64,000 bases of DNA from Candidatus Bathyarchaeota archaeon (GCA_963826715.1 CAWGYA010000005.1:64001-128000), one strand, 5' to 3'. Positions 29,858 through 41,235 are shown, numbered from the stretch's first letter. Notes: generated by a model not told the origin, from the sequence alone. Made by a program: numbers and translations.

Positions 29858-30468
29858 GCCTCCGCCTCCCTCCTGGTGAATTGAATGTGAGCTCTGCAAC
29901 TTGAACCGCCGTTGGTCATGTATTCTTTGAATTGCATGTCTGCATTTGGCTGAAGTCCCTTGATGACGCCTTCATCAGTGGCGCTTAGAACCTGACAGGT
30001 GAGCCCAGAGTACTTTCGGGCAAGTGCGCATTGGTCAATGATTGCCTCTGCATGAGTATCATCGAATCTTCCCATATGGAATTCTATTCCTAAAATGCGA
30101 TAGAGAATTTTAGCCGCCTTAATCAGATCTTTGGGGCTATCGCTAACTCCCAGTCTGGTACGCGTCTGCTTTCCCAAGTTTACACCAACTTCAAACAACG
30201 CTTTTCTACCCAACTCCACAGCTTTTTCGTGTCCAACCGCAGCATCTAATATTCCAACCATTCTTGCATGTGTTTGAGCCATTTCGGTTCTCATTTCTTG
30301 GATACTTAAGGGGATTTGCTGGTTTATTGGTTCGCCAGATTCTTGGGGGGCATATAAAGCAAGGAGTGTTTTGAGAGCACATGTGGTTTGCTGGGATATG
30401 TTATGAAGTTCCCTGCGGATAATATAGTTGGGTGTCCAATGCTCCAACAATAGAAGCCTTAATCCCAA
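29854..30468 (-). CDS. V4R / ATC-hydrolase-like small ligand-binding protein
   Basis: IDQCAL..TCQVLSATDEGVIKG..MTNGGSSC Cys pattern. Confidence 0.6.
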   Translation of the reverse strand: MGLRLLLLEHWTPNYIIRRELHNISQQTTCALKTLLALYAPQESGEPINQQIPLSIQEMRTEMAQTHARMVGILDAAVGHEKAVELGRKALFEVGVNLGKQTRTRLGVSDSPKDLIKAAKILYRILGIEFHMGRFDDTHAEAIIDQCALARKYSGLTCQVLSATDEGVIKGLQPNADMQFKEYMTNGGSSCRAHIQFTRREAEA

Positions 30469-30471
30469 TTT

Positions 30472-33282
30472 CTATTCACCTGGCTTTTCCACTCCGCCAA
30501 TATGTACTTCGTCTGGAGGAGCGGCACCGCCATACAGAGCGTTGAGGACTTCGGCGTATTCAGTTGAGATAAAATTGCGTTTGAGTTTAAGGTTAGGGGT
30601 TAACTCACCTTTTTCTATGCTTAGGTTATTTTCTAGAAGTGCCCATTTTTTGATTTTTTCTGGGTTAGAGAGGTGTTTATTCATTTCTTCGATAGCGTGG
30701 TCAATTGATTGAAGAGTTTGTTGGTTATAGTTTTTCTTGTCTACCCACCCGATTGCTGCGCAGTAAGGTTTAGATTCACCTACTAGTAAGGCTTCGGATA
30801 CGCCTGAAATTTCCTTTATCATACCCTCTATCTTTCCACAGTAAATGCATTTTCCATACGAGGTTTTTATGAGTTCTTTTTTACGTCCAAAAATGACAAG
30901 TCTACCTTCTGAAGTTACTTTACCAATATCGCCAGTCATTAACCAGCCATCTTTAATCGGCGATTCCAGTGATTTGTCGAAGTATCCAACGGTGACCTGT
31001 GGTCCTTTGACCATTATCTCCCCATCTTCAGCAATCTTGACCTCTGTAAAGGGCATAGGTTCCCCAACAGTACCCACCCGGTTCTTTCCTAGCCGATTCA
31101 TAGTAATCAGTGGAGCTTCAGTCATTCCATAAGCGTTATGAATTTCTATGCCGAGTTTGCGGAAGTTTTCAATAAGATTTTCATCAGAACGCGCAGAACC
31201 CGCTATAAGCTGCCTACACCTGTTTAAGCCTGCCCGCTTAAGGACAATATTCCTAAGAGTCCTTTGCATCAAACGTTTGAGGAGTTTACTCTTTGTCTTA
31301 ATGTATAGCTTTCCAAGCGGATTATTTTCTACCGCTTCCCAAATTTTTTCGTAATGACGCGGAACGGAGAAAAAGATGGTTGGTCTAACTTGAGGCAATG
31401 CTTCCTGTAATCTTTTAAAGTCCTCTAAAAAGTAAATGTCCGCTGGGGCTGGAATATAGTAAGGCGAATAAGCTGCTAGAAGTCCCTCAACTACATGCCC
31501 CATTGGCAAGAACGACAGATAGCTACATTTTTGATTTCTTGCTTGCCACGAGAGAATAGATACAGTTGATTCAGCCATATACCGAAGGTTAGCATGAGTA
31601 AAGATGGCACCTTTAGGTTTATCCGTGGTTCCCGAAGAATACCTAAGAGTTGCAATGTCCCCAAACCCAACTGGAGCCTTACCTAAAGATGCACCATCAC
31701 CTTTAGAGAGGAACTCTTCCCAAGAAACAACACCGTTTTGTACATCTATCAACGTTGGGATTCGCCAAATGGAAACTATCGGTACATTAACAGTGATTTC
31801 GTCAACACGAGACAATAAACTTGGTATACCAATGAAAAAAAGTTTGGCCCCACTAGCCTTTAAGACCTCGTTGATATCTGAAGGCGGCGTCGTGTAATAG
31901 AGCGGAACACTTACTGCACCAACAAGACCGATGGCTATGTCAATAGCCAAATATTTTGTACTGTTCAAACCTGTTAATGCCACACGGTCTCCCGCTCTAA
32001 TTCCATAGGTTTTCAATGCACTAGTTGCAGCCAAAATTTCTCTGCGCATCTCTTCTGATGTTTTCCTAACGCTTTCGCCTTCAACCATATCGTAGAAAGT
32101 GATTGGATAGCTTTTTCCTTCTAATCTGAAAAGGACTTGCTCATGCACTGTACGGTCGGTACGATGGAAGAAACTATTGTAGGTAGCATAATCAAGAAGC
32201 TTAGGCATAATTTCTTGCCAATTAAAGTTATAAGGACCAAGCAGCTTGTCTATGTTGCTTCGATCAAATCTGAGATTTCCACTAAAATATGGCGCCAAAG
32301 AAACAAGCGCGTTAGAAACCCGATTATCTTTTCTCTTGAAAAAACGTTGAATTTTTATTAGAGCCCTTATCGAGGAAGCTGACATTGAGATGTAAAAAGG
32401 GTTTGGAAGTTTGACTCCAAGATTATTTTTTGCCCAAACCTTAACGAAATCAAGCATTTCTCCAAGTTGAGGCAAAGATTCATGAGGTGACACCACGTGA
32501 AATGTTAAGCCATCTGCCTTAGGATCAAACGTAAGTTGTGTTATCGCCTTTGCAACATAGTCAACTGGAACCATATTAATTCTAAAGGAGCAATCAGCGG
32601 GGATGAAACGCATTTTGCCAGTTAAATACAATCGCAAGGGAAAATAAATGGTGTTAAAGGTTTTAATTGCCCCATTTTTAGAATCTCCAACAACCATTGA
32701 AGGACGAAACACAGAGATAGAAAGATCCTTTTTAGCCGCGCGAACTAAAAGTTCACCCTCATATTTACTTCGCTCATAGTCAGTTGAAAAACCAAAACTG
32801 TCTGAAAGCTCCTCCTCACTTACTATCCCAGTTTTGCCTCCAGCCACATAAGCAGTAGAAACATGAGAGAACCGCTCGAGGCGATGGTGTTGATTTATTT
32901 TTTGGGCAAATTCTAAAACGTTAGCAGTTCCTTCAATGTTAGGTTTCGCAAGTTTTTCAAACGAGATAACATGAAAATCAGCGGCGGTATGTATTATATG
33001 GGTCACTCTTTCGATTGCCCTATTATACTCTGCTTCATTCATCCCCATATTGGCTGAAGAAATATCGCCGTACAATGGCTCGATACGTGATCCCAAAGCC
33101 TCAATGAGTTCAGGCCAATCCCACCATTCTCTCTCTATTTTCCGGAGGGCTTCATTTTCGTTCTTAGCCCTGACTAAAGCCAGAACAGTTGCCTCTTTAT
33201 CCTCGATAAGGTTTCGGGCTATTTGGGTTCCAATAAAACCTGTGGCTCCCGTTAGAAATATTGTTTTTTTCAATTTAGCCAC
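30472..33282 (-). CDS. Thioester/acyl-CoA reductase (extended SDR) fused to long-chain acyl-CoA synthetase
   Basis: FLTGATGFIG, HVSTAYVAG, YERSK, RPSMVVG; then YSSGTTDKPKG, YGMTE, TGDIG, GRKKELIK, ELTPNLKLKR. Confidence 0.88.
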   Translation of the reverse strand: MAKLKKTIFLTGATGFIGTQIARNLIEDKEATVLALVRAKNENEALRKIEREWWDWPELIEALGSRIEPLYGDISSANMGMNEAEYNRAIERVTHIIHTAADFHVISFEKLAKPNIEGTANVLEFAQKINQHHRLERFSHVSTAYVAGGKTGIVSEEELSDSFGFSTDYERSKYEGELLVRAAKKDLSISVFRPSMVVGDSKNGAIKTFNTIYFPLRLYLTGKMRFIPADCSFRINMVPVDYVAKAITQLTFDPKADGLTFHVVSPHESLPQLGEMLDFVKVWAKNNLGVKLPNPFYISMSASSIRALIKIQRFFKRKDNRVSNALVSLAPYFSGNLRFDRSNIDKLLGPYNFNWQEIMPKLLDYATYNSFFHRTDRTVHEQVLFRLEGKSYPITFYDMVEGESVRKTSEEMRREILAATSALKTYGIRAGDRVALTGLNSTKYLAIDIAIGLVGAVSVPLYYTTPPSDINEVLKASGAKLFFIGIPSLLSRVDEITVNVPIVSIWRIPTLIDVQNGVVSWEEFLSKGDGASLGKAPVGFGDIATLRYSSGTTDKPKGAIFTHANLRYMAESTVSILSWQARNQKCSYLSFLPMGHVVEGLLAAYSPYYIPAPADIYFLEDFKRLQEALPQVRPTIFFSVPRHYEKIWEAVENNPLGKLYIKTKSKLLKRLMQRTLRNIVLKRAGLNRCRQLIAGSARSDENLIENFRKLGIEIHNAYGMTEAPLITMNRLGKNRVGTVGEPMPFTEVKIAEDGEIMVKGPQVTVGYFDKSLESPIKDGWLMTGDIGKVTSEGRLVIFGRKKELIKTSYGKCIYCGKIEGMIKEISGVSEALLVGESKPYCAAIGWVDKKNYNQQTLQSIDHAIEEMNKHLSNPEKIKKWALLENNLSIEKGELTPNLKLKRNFISTEYAEVLNALYGGAAPPDEVHIGGVEKPGE

Positions 33283-34496
33283 TCCGGATAATTATTTGCT
33301 ATGAAAGATCTGAATAATTGCACATTTCTTTTTTCAGATTCTCGGTATCTTTCAAAGCCTACTTGGAGCTTAGCTTTTATTGAATCATTTTGATTAAAGA
33401 TTGTTTGAACGTTATCACTCAAAACTTTGTATCTATTAGGATTCTCATGATCCACAAATAATTCAGGCATCCCTAAATCATTATAATAGTCTAGAATCCT
33501 AAGGTCATGCCCTATAGCAGTTTGAGGAACTTGGTTTGGCAATGCAAGAACCCCTGCATGATATCTTGACGTGATTAGCAAATCTAAACTCCTTAGAATG
33601 CTTGCCATCTGGGAAGCATTGTATTGGATTGAACTAAAAACTCTTGTTCTATCAGCATGTTTCATGTGCTGCTGGATTTTTTTAGTGAATGCAGTGTCTA
33701 AGCCTTCCATGCTTAAGAGAGCTATGTCTTTATCGTATTTTTCCACTAATTCATCTGCTTGAACAGCAAGAACATCAACTAATAATTCACTTTTTTCTTG
33801 GCAAGTCTTGGAATGCTGGTAGTAATACGGCCAGCGGTAACAGTACTGTTTTTTGTCCCAAAGCCTAATTTGAACAGGCCACATATAGATGTCTTCAGCA
33901 GCTATTCCCACAACACTAGACGCCTCAGGCCGCACCCGTTTCAATATGTCATGATCTTGGGGTTTGGGTTGAAACGCAAAAGCATTATCCGCGGTGACTT
34001 CAATGGGGGCTTTAACTCCCCATTTATGAAGCCGATCAGCCGCATGCTTTGTCCTTGCAAGTATCAAGCTGGTTTTGCTTGCCTCACGGCGAATCAACCA
34101 GCGGTTGAAACGCGATGCACTGCCAGCATCTACCGAGTAGGCGACACAGGGTTTCTTCATTGAATGCGCGTATCTTGTTGCAAGCAAATAATACCATAGG
34201 AGCGCTGACCCCCAAGTATCCATGTAACAGCTGCCCTCCACAAGCATGATGAGATCATTTTCCTTAACAAGATTTCTTATGTCAACAAAAAACAACGAGG
34301 GTCTAACTGATTTGATTTTAAGGTTCTGGGTTTCTGCCAGATACCTGCGAAGATTTTCTTCGTTGAGGGAGGGGACAGTAATGGTGGCATCTTGGCCAAG
34401 AACTGATCTGATTTCATCAATAGCAACAAGAAGCTTAGCTTCCGCTCCCGTATTATTTGCGCCATTATACCCCACCAACAAAATCCGTGGCTTCAA
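33270..34496 (-). CDS. Polysaccharide pyruvyl transferase family protein (CsaB/WcaK-like)
   Basis: LVGYNGANNTGAEA, ADNAF, LLITSRYHAGV. Confidence 0.8.
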   Translation of the reverse strand: MKPRILLVGYNGANNTGAEAKLLVAIDEIRSVLGQDATITVPSLNEENLRRYLAETQNLKIKSVRPSLFFVDIRNLVKENDLIMLVEGSCYMDTWGSALLWYYLLATRYAHSMKKPCVAYSVDAGSASRFNRWLIRREASKTSLILARTKHAADRLHKWGVKAPIEVTADNAFAFQPKPQDHDILKRVRPEASSVVGIAAEDIYMWPVQIRLWDKKQYCYRWPYYYQHSKTCQEKSELLVDVLAVQADELVEKYDKDIALLSMEGLDTAFTKKIQQHMKHADRTRVFSSIQYNASQMASILRSLDLLITSRYHAGVLALPNQVPQTAIGHDLRILDYYNDLGMPELFVDHENPNRYKVLSDNVQTIFNQNDSIKAKLQVGFERYRESEKRNVQLFRSFIANNYPEWLN

Positions 34497-35003
34497 CTAA
34501 ATTCCACCCCTACTCATTATTTTCAGCTTTTTGCCAAATTCAAAGTCCAACTATTTATTGTCAATGATTCCCCAAATATCCCCTGTGAAATTTGGTTAGA
34601 GATTGACTTTAAGATTTGTCTTCCAACCCATTTCTTCAAATTTTGTCCACCAGACCAGTTCTCCCCCGCTTTCCTCGATAGTTTTAACGACGATATAAAT
34701 AAGGCTATTTTAGTTTCTAATTCTTTTCTGATCCTTGACGAAATCTTCCCGTTTAATTCTGCATAATTCTCAATCACAAACCTAAACTGAGAAATTTAGA
34801 TACCGATAGATCATAAAGAAGGTAAGGTAAATTCTTTCAAGTCATTTACGAAATTATCTTTAGACTTTAAAAACCTGGGATTAAACACGCAGGAAACTCG
34901 CTACAAACACAAACCTGTTACTTAATGACAACTTTTGTTAAAATAAAGAAATGTTTATCAAGTCAAGCTATACAATATAGAATCTTCTGGGAGAACTTAA
35001 ATT

Positions 35004-35177
35004 TTGACAATCCAATGTCCTGAATGCGGATACAACTTTTCAGATAAAGCCGATTTCCAAAAATATTCTGCAACAGGAGAAACAATCCAATGCCCAGTAT
35101 GCAAAACCGAACTAATGCTGAACAGAGACGAAGAGCTCGAAACAATAAATGTAGACCACATTGACGACGAAAAATAA
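35004..35177 (+). CDS. LysW-like small zinc-ribbon protein (57 aa)
   Basis: MTIQCPECG..GETIQCPVCKTEL..VDHIDDEK; TTG start with GGGAGA RBS-like sequence; not in the ORF track. Confidence 0.65.
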   Translation: MTIQCPECGYNFSDKADFQKYSATGETIQCPVCKTELMLNRDEELETINVDHIDDEK

Positions 35178-35312
35178 GTTGCTTGATAGAGAAAAATCCC
35201 TGTTCAACTTTAAGATTCGAAAACAGTTTTACCTTCAAAAACGGTCTATTCAGAACATAAAAAAATTAGGCATAAAAATTGGCTTAAGGTATTGCCCCCA
35301 CTTTTTCCAAAC

Positions 35313-36557
35313 TTAAAGGAAAAATGGCAAGATAGAACCTGCCAACACCAATCCCAAGCAGGCAACAGCTACAATAACTGTTGTTTGATAAACACGTTTC
35401 TCGCTCATCCGCTTCCCAGCAAACCTCTTGAGAGTTATGTTAAAGATTCTGCCACCGTCAAGGGGATAAATCGGCAAAGCGTTAAAGACCGCTAAATTAA
35501 AATTGACGAACCAAACCCAGAAAAGCAAGTTTGCAAAAATTGCCCAACTTGGTCCAAGCGGACTTGAATAGAAAGATGCTAAGGCATCTGAGAAGGGAAT
35601 GTATCCTTCGGCAAGTGTTGGGGGAACCATGTACATAGAGAGGCGCTCAATAGAGAATGATTGGTAATTGACCAACCGTTCCTCAGTCAATAAATCAAAA
35701 CAAGTGATCCCCATAACGGTACGGTTCTCGGAAACAGTCACATTAACAGACGTCGTAAACTGGTACTGCCAACTATCACCACGCACAACTGTCACTTGCA
35801 TAATGTCCCCTACAGTTTTGTTATCCAAAATGGTCCTCAACTCCGTTAGATCAGTAACCGACATGTTATCAATAGAAACAAACACATCTTTAGCCAACAA
35901 CCCAGCATCTTGAGCAGGCATACCAGCTGTAACATCATTAATGTAGACCCCATTAACCATTGGAGTCAAGCCCCCAACTAAAACGATAAGACACAAAAGG
36001 CAAGCAGCACCCACAACTATGTTTCCGCCCACACCCGCCGCCATAACTTTTAGAGAAGGTTTGAACTTTGCAATCTTTAGCTGCTCCTCATCAACATCTA
36101 CAAAGGCACCTATAGGAACAATCAAAAAGAACAACAAACCACTAGACTTAACCTTAAAACCATTATTTCTAGCAACGATTCCATGCGCTCCCTCATGAAG
36201 CGCAATAGCAACCACAATAGCAACCCACCCATAGACTATGGGAAGCATCGGATTAATTCCAGGCAACAAAAGAAGCGCACCAGGACCCACCTCTTTCAAA
36301 ACCTCTCCAACCGCAGGGTTATTTATCAAACTGATCACGCTACTGATAATTAGGAAAAGCGCAATTCCAGCCACCAAAGGCACCAAACCAAGAAACAGCC
36401 ACGAAATATAACGAGCAAAACGCGAAGCCCCTAACCTATCAAAAATAGGCGAGAAACTCTTAGTCCTCACAGTCAACAAAGGAAACTTGAAATCAACTCT
36501 TTTTTCTTTACTCTCTTCATTGGTTGGCTGCTCTTCGCCTTCGATGGTTTGTGACAC
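35313..36557 (-). CDS. Site-2 protease (M50) with PDZ domain
   Basis: LHEGAHG, GAFVDVD, PDZ segment, FNALPIYPLDGG. Confidence 0.92.
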   Translation of the reverse strand: MSQTIEGEEQPTNEESKEKRVDFKFPLLTVRTKSFSPIFDRLGASRFARYISWLFLGLVPLVAGIALFLIISSVISLINNPAVGEVLKEVGPGALLLLPGINPMLPIVYGWVAIVVAIALHEGAHGIVARNNGFKVKSSGLLFFLIVPIGAFVDVDEEQLKIAKFKPSLKVMAAGVGGNIVVGAACLLCLIVLVGGLTPMVNGVYINDVTAGMPAQDAGLLAKDVFVSIDNMSVTDLTELRTILDNKTVGDIMQVTVVRGDSWQYQFTTSVNVTVSENRTVMGITCFDLLTEERLVNYQSFSIERLSMYMVPPTLAEGYIPFSDALASFYSSPLGPSWAIFANLLFWVWFVNFNLAVFNALPIYPLDGGRIFNITLKRFAGKRMSEKRVYQTTVIVAVACLGLVLAGSILPFFL

Positions 36558-36752
36558 AGTTGAAATCGCTCAGCTAAAAACCGGATTTCAACAAAATAAA
36601 CATAGCGCCAATAATTAGCATTTGCTTTTATTCCTACTTTAGCCATTGGGGCAAGTTATGCTTGACCCTTTTTTAAAAGAGTGTTGCTGTAACAACCCTA
36701 CAACAAATAATTATTACCAACCGAGTTAACGCTGTTATGAGGACAAAACCTT

Positions 36753-38847
36753 TTGAACATCGAAATTTCAATTAAAGGAAAAAATGTTTTAACAGCAACT
36801 TTGCTCATCGCAATAATGACTCTAAGCTCATTCGCCATCTTCTCCCCAGTCACCGCTGCAGAACCAACCCTAATGGACCCATTAACTATAGATAAATGGG
36901 TAAATCAAATCACTGGTCCACCTCCAGTTTACATTCCACACGTAATCAAAGACCCACAAGGCAAAGGCATTGACATACCAATACACCGTAACAATGGATG
37001 AACAATTACAACAAGTCCTACCCCCAGGGAATCCAATGACTCCTGTATGGGGATACGGAGGACTCGCCAAAGACGCAGTTACAGGCAAATACTTAGGCTA
37101 CGTACTTAACTCACCAGGCCCAAGCTTCGAAGCCGTAAGAGGAATTCCATCAGTAGTCAAATGGGTAAACAACATTAACACACCCTACATGTTCCCAGTC
37201 GATCCAACACTACACTGGGCAAACCCCACAAACATCCCAATGATGGATGCAATCGATCAAGCTGGAGCTGGCTTAGCACCCCCATACCTCCCCGGATACA
37301 ACGGAGCACCAGTCGGCGACACTAATCCAAACGGATGGAACGCACAATCACCAGTCCCACTTGTCCCACACCTTCACGGAGGCGAAGTCTCATCACTATA
37401 CGACGGAGGCCCAACCGCATGGTGGACAAATGGTGGCACACAAGGCTCAACCTACAATAGCCTATACCCAACAGCATCTAACGCAGCAGTATACTACTAT
37501 CCAAACGAACAACCACCAACAACATTGTGGTACCATGACCACGCCTTGGGTTTAACAAGAATAAACGTCATGTCAGGCCTTGCAGGATTCTATCTTCTAC
37601 GCGACTCAAAAGACAATCTAGGCAATAACCTCCCAAGCGGCGCATACGAAGTACCACTAGCAATACAAGACAGAACATTCCAAAGCGACGGATCATTCTA
37701 CTTCCCAGCAAACGAAGCAACAAACCCAGACGTACACCCCTACTGGTCACCTGAATTCTTCGGAGACACCATCATGGTAAACGGCTTAGTCTGGCCAAAC
37801 ATGGACGTATCAAAAACCATGTACCGCTTCAGACTCCTAGACGGATCCAACGCACGCTTCTACACACTTAGCCTCGAAACTGACGGCGGCGACCCAGTAG
37901 AATTCACACAAATCGGCACAGACGGAGGATACATGAAATCTGCAGTAAAACAAACTGAACTAACAATCGCCCCAGGCGAAAGAGCAGATATACTAATAGA
38001 CTTCTCAAACATTGCACCTGGCACCAAAATTCTAATGAAAAACACCGCAAACGCCCCATTCCCAGACGGCGACCCAGTAGACGAAGACACAACCGGACAA
38101 ATCATGCAATTCACAGTCACAGATAAGCACGTACCCAAACAACAGAAACAAGACGCACACCAAACAGAAGTTGCAACAAAACCAAACAAAATACTCAACA
38201 AAGACCTCAAAGGCGCATGGCCAACCCTACCAGAACCAACAAACACAAGAACCATGACCCTGTGGGAAGTAATGGGCGACGGAGGCCCACTTGAGGTGCT
38301 AGTAAACGGCCAAAAATGGGCTGCACCAATCTCAGAAGATCCCACAGTAGGATCAACTGAAGAATGGGTAATAGTCAACTTGACCGGCGACACACATCCA
38401 ATACACTTGCACTTAACACAATTCCAACTCGTAGGACGCTACACACTAACTAACGAAGGAACCGATTACTCCGACGAATGGACATCAATAAACGGAGAAC
38501 CACCATTCATGACAACACCAACCGAAGTACCCATCGACGATTACATTGTCCCCGGATCATTCGTAGGACCCAACCCCAACGAATACGCATGGAAAGACAC
38601 CATACAAATGAACCCAGGCGAAGTCACTATAATACGCGTAAAATTCGCCCCCATTGACGGATCAGCAAAGTACCCATTTGACCCAACAGAGGGCCCAGGA
38701 TACGTATGGCACTGCCACATCATAGACCATGAAGACAACGAAATGATGCGCCCATACATCGTAACCAAAGCAACACCAACTCACCCCCACCCCCACCCAC
38801 TACCAAAACCCCACAAATTTTTCAACTGGAACTTTGGAAGATGTTAA
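36753..38847 (+). pseudogene. Secreted three-domain multicopper oxidase (CotA/bilirubin oxidase-like), frameshift near 36960
   Basis: Signal peptide and DPLTIDKWVN in 36753-37001; catalytic part 36970-38847 in the +1 frame with HLHG, WYHDH, HPIHLH, WHCHIIDHEDNEMM intact. Confidence 0.8.
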
Positions 38848-38863
38848 ACACCTCCACCAAACA

Positions 38864-38904
38864 GATCTAGCGCTTTATAGCTAGATCATCTCTACTCTTT
38901 TTTT
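38864..38904 (+). terminator. Hairpin plus T-tract terminator candidate
   Basis: GATCTAGC (38864-38871) / GCTAGATC (38880-38887), then T7, just after the oxidase stop. Confidence 0.5.
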
Positions 38905-38977
38905 AAAAAACCCACAACAAAAAAATCCAATTCTAATATCAGAAATCAGTTTTTAGATTAATGACGGCAATAATTTC

Positions 38978-39104
38978 AATGCTACCTAAATTTATCTTCA
39001 GTACCGCAAAAACCCGGTCAAACCCTCTCATATTAACCTTATCAACTCAAACAGGTGAATAAGCTACTTCCCATTTCTACGCATAAACCCAATTGGTTCC
39101 AATG
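38978..39104 (+). repeat. Diverged direct repeat, copy A
   Basis: AATGCTACCT..CATATTAACCTTATCAACTCAA..TTCTACGCATAAACCCAATTGGTTCCAATG aligns by eye with 41236-41357. Confidence 0.65.
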
Positions 39105-39167
39105 ACAGAGAAAAAAACCCGCCAAAACATTTAAAACCGGATTTTACAACAAGCTCCATTTGTGGCA

Positions 39168-39192
39168 CTACCGTAAACTGTTTGGACGGTAG
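39168..39192 (+). promoter_or_regulatory. Inverted repeat upstream of glutamate synthase
   Basis: CTACCGT-N11-ACGGTAG with inner AAAC/GTTT, downstream of a TTTAAAA box near 39130. Confidence 0.4.
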
Positions 39193-39275
39193 GAAAAATG
39201 ACAAAAAAATAATTTTGAAAATACATATATATTAAAAACACAGATTGCCCCTATAAAATTAAAGGGTGTTTAAGT

Positions 39276-40865
39276 ATGAATTTGAGAAGACCGAACGCGA
39301 GTGAGTCAACCAACACATTTAATCGATCAAAAGATGTATCGCCAATGTCGGGCATATGTTCAAACTGCATCGATGGATGTAAAGGTGGTTGCGAAATTTG
39401 GTTATCAACATTTAGAGGACGCGAAGTACTCTATCCTGGACCATTTGGAGGCATAACCGCTGGGGCAGATAAAAATTACCCTGTAGATTATTCTCATCTG
39501 AACATTCAAGGCTACGCCCGAGGTGCAAAAGGACTACCTGAAGGAGTAGAAGCAGGACCCGATACAGCACTTTTTCCTAAAGTAAATACCGAAACAGAGT
39601 ACGGATGGGATAAAAAAGTAAAGCTACGAGTTCCAATATTCACTGGCGCATTAGGCTCAACCGAGATAGCTAGAAAAAATTGGGAGCATTTTGCTATAGG
39701 AGCAGCTATTTCAGGAATTACACTGGTTTGCGGTGAAAATGTTTGCGGCATCGATCCAATGCTTGAGTTGGATAACAAGGGCAAAATTACGAAATCACCC
39801 GAGATGGATCGACGAATAGAAATTTACAGAAAGTTCTATGAAGGTTTCGGCGAACTCCTCATCCAAATGAACGTAGAGGACACCCGATTTGGAGTAGCCG
39901 AATATGTGTCTTCAAAACATAATATGGATACTATTGAACTCAAGTGGGGACAAGGAGCCAAATGTATTGGCGGAGAAATCAAAGTTCAGAGCTTAAAGCG
40001 CGCAATTGAGCTAAAAAATAGAGGTTACGTTGTTTCCCCTGATCCAACATTACAAGAGAACCAAACTGCCTTTGAAAAAGGAGCAATAAAAGAGTTTGAG
40101 CGACACTCCAGACTAGGTTTTGTTACCAAAGAAGCCTTCTTAGAAGAAGTTGACCGTCTCCGAGAAATAGGATTCAAACGAATTACGTTAAAAACTGGAG
40201 CTTACTCTGCTGTAGAACTTGCTATGGCAATTCGATATGGCGCTGAAGCAAAACTAGATTTACTTACAATCGACGGAGCACCAGGCGGCACAGGAATGAG
40301 TCCTTGGCCAATGATGAATGAATGGGGTATTCCAACATTCTATTTGCAAGCTCTCGCATACAGTTACTGCGAAAAGCTAGCACAAAAAGGCATAAGAGTT
40401 CCTGATATTGCTATGGCGGGCGGTTTCTCGTCGGAGGATGGTGTTTTCAAGGCACTTGCAATGGGCAGCCCCTACTTTAAAGCAGTTTGCATGGGAAGAG
40501 GCTTGATGATTCCAGGTATGGTCGGAAAGAACATAGGAACTTGGTTGGCTGAAAACAATTTGCCTAAATCGGTTTCTAAGTACGGCAACTCTGCGAACGA
40601 AATCTTTGTTGCTTACGCTGAACTCGAAGAAAAGTATGGTTCAAGGATGAAAGACATACCTTTGGGTGCTGTAGGTATCTATACATACTGTCAGAAATTC
40701 AAAGTTGGATTGCAGCAATTAATGGCTGGGAGCAGAAACTTCAGTCTCACAAATATATCCCGCAAGGACCTTATGGCACTGACAGAGGATGCATCAAAAA
40801 TCTCGGGATTACCCTACGTAATGACTGCATACAGCGAAGAAGCAAACAAAATCTTGGAAGAATAA
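39276..40865 (+). CDS. FMN-binding glutamate synthase family protein (archaeal stand-alone type)
   Basis: CSNCIDGCKGGC, IELKWGQGAK, TIDGAPGGTG, IAMAGG. Confidence 0.9.
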   Translation: MNLRRPNASESTNTFNRSKDVSPMSGICSNCIDGCKGGCEIWLSTFRGREVLYPGPFGGITAGADKNYPVDYSHLNIQGYARGAKGLPEGVEAGPDTALFPKVNTETEYGWDKKVKLRVPIFTGALGSTEIARKNWEHFAIGAAISGITLVCGENVCGIDPMLELDNKGKITKSPEMDRRIEIYRKFYEGFGELLIQMNVEDTRFGVAEYVSSKHNMDTIELKWGQGAKCIGGEIKVQSLKRAIELKNRGYVVSPDPTLQENQTAFEKGAIKEFERHSRLGFVTKEAFLEEVDRLREIGFKRITLKTGAYSAVELAMAIRYGAEAKLDLLTIDGAPGGTGMSPWPMMNEWGIPTFYLQALAYSYCEKLAQKGIRVPDIAMAGGFSSEDGVFKALAMGSPYFKAVCMGRGLMIPGMVGKNIGTWLAENNLPKSVSKYGNSANEIFVAYAELEEKYGSRMKDIPLGAVGIYTYCQKFKVGLQQLMAGSRNFSLTNISRKDLMALTEDASKISGLPYVMTAYSEEANKILEE

Positions 40866-41235
40866 AATCTTCCGCTCTATTTTCTTTCTAACATTTTCAT
40901 TTTTAATCAAGATTTAGTGTTTTTTAAGCTGGATTACGTTGACTGTGCAGCTTCTGTTGTTTTCCAATATCACAAAAAGCTTTCAGGTAAATAGCAAAAA
41001 AGGTTTACACCCATTCCCTACCCTGGATTGTTTTGACATTATTTGACAAAGAATGCCAACTAAAGCCAATGATCATTTATATCAAGACAACTTTTCTTAA
41101 TCCTAAGGCTTAAACTGAACTTCAAAAAAACACCCCATTATGCAGACTAAATTGGCATTTAACAAAAACATACTCATTTTCTGCAAACAATCAAATGGAG
41201 TAATACCACAATCAGCATGGCAAGATAGCTAGAAA

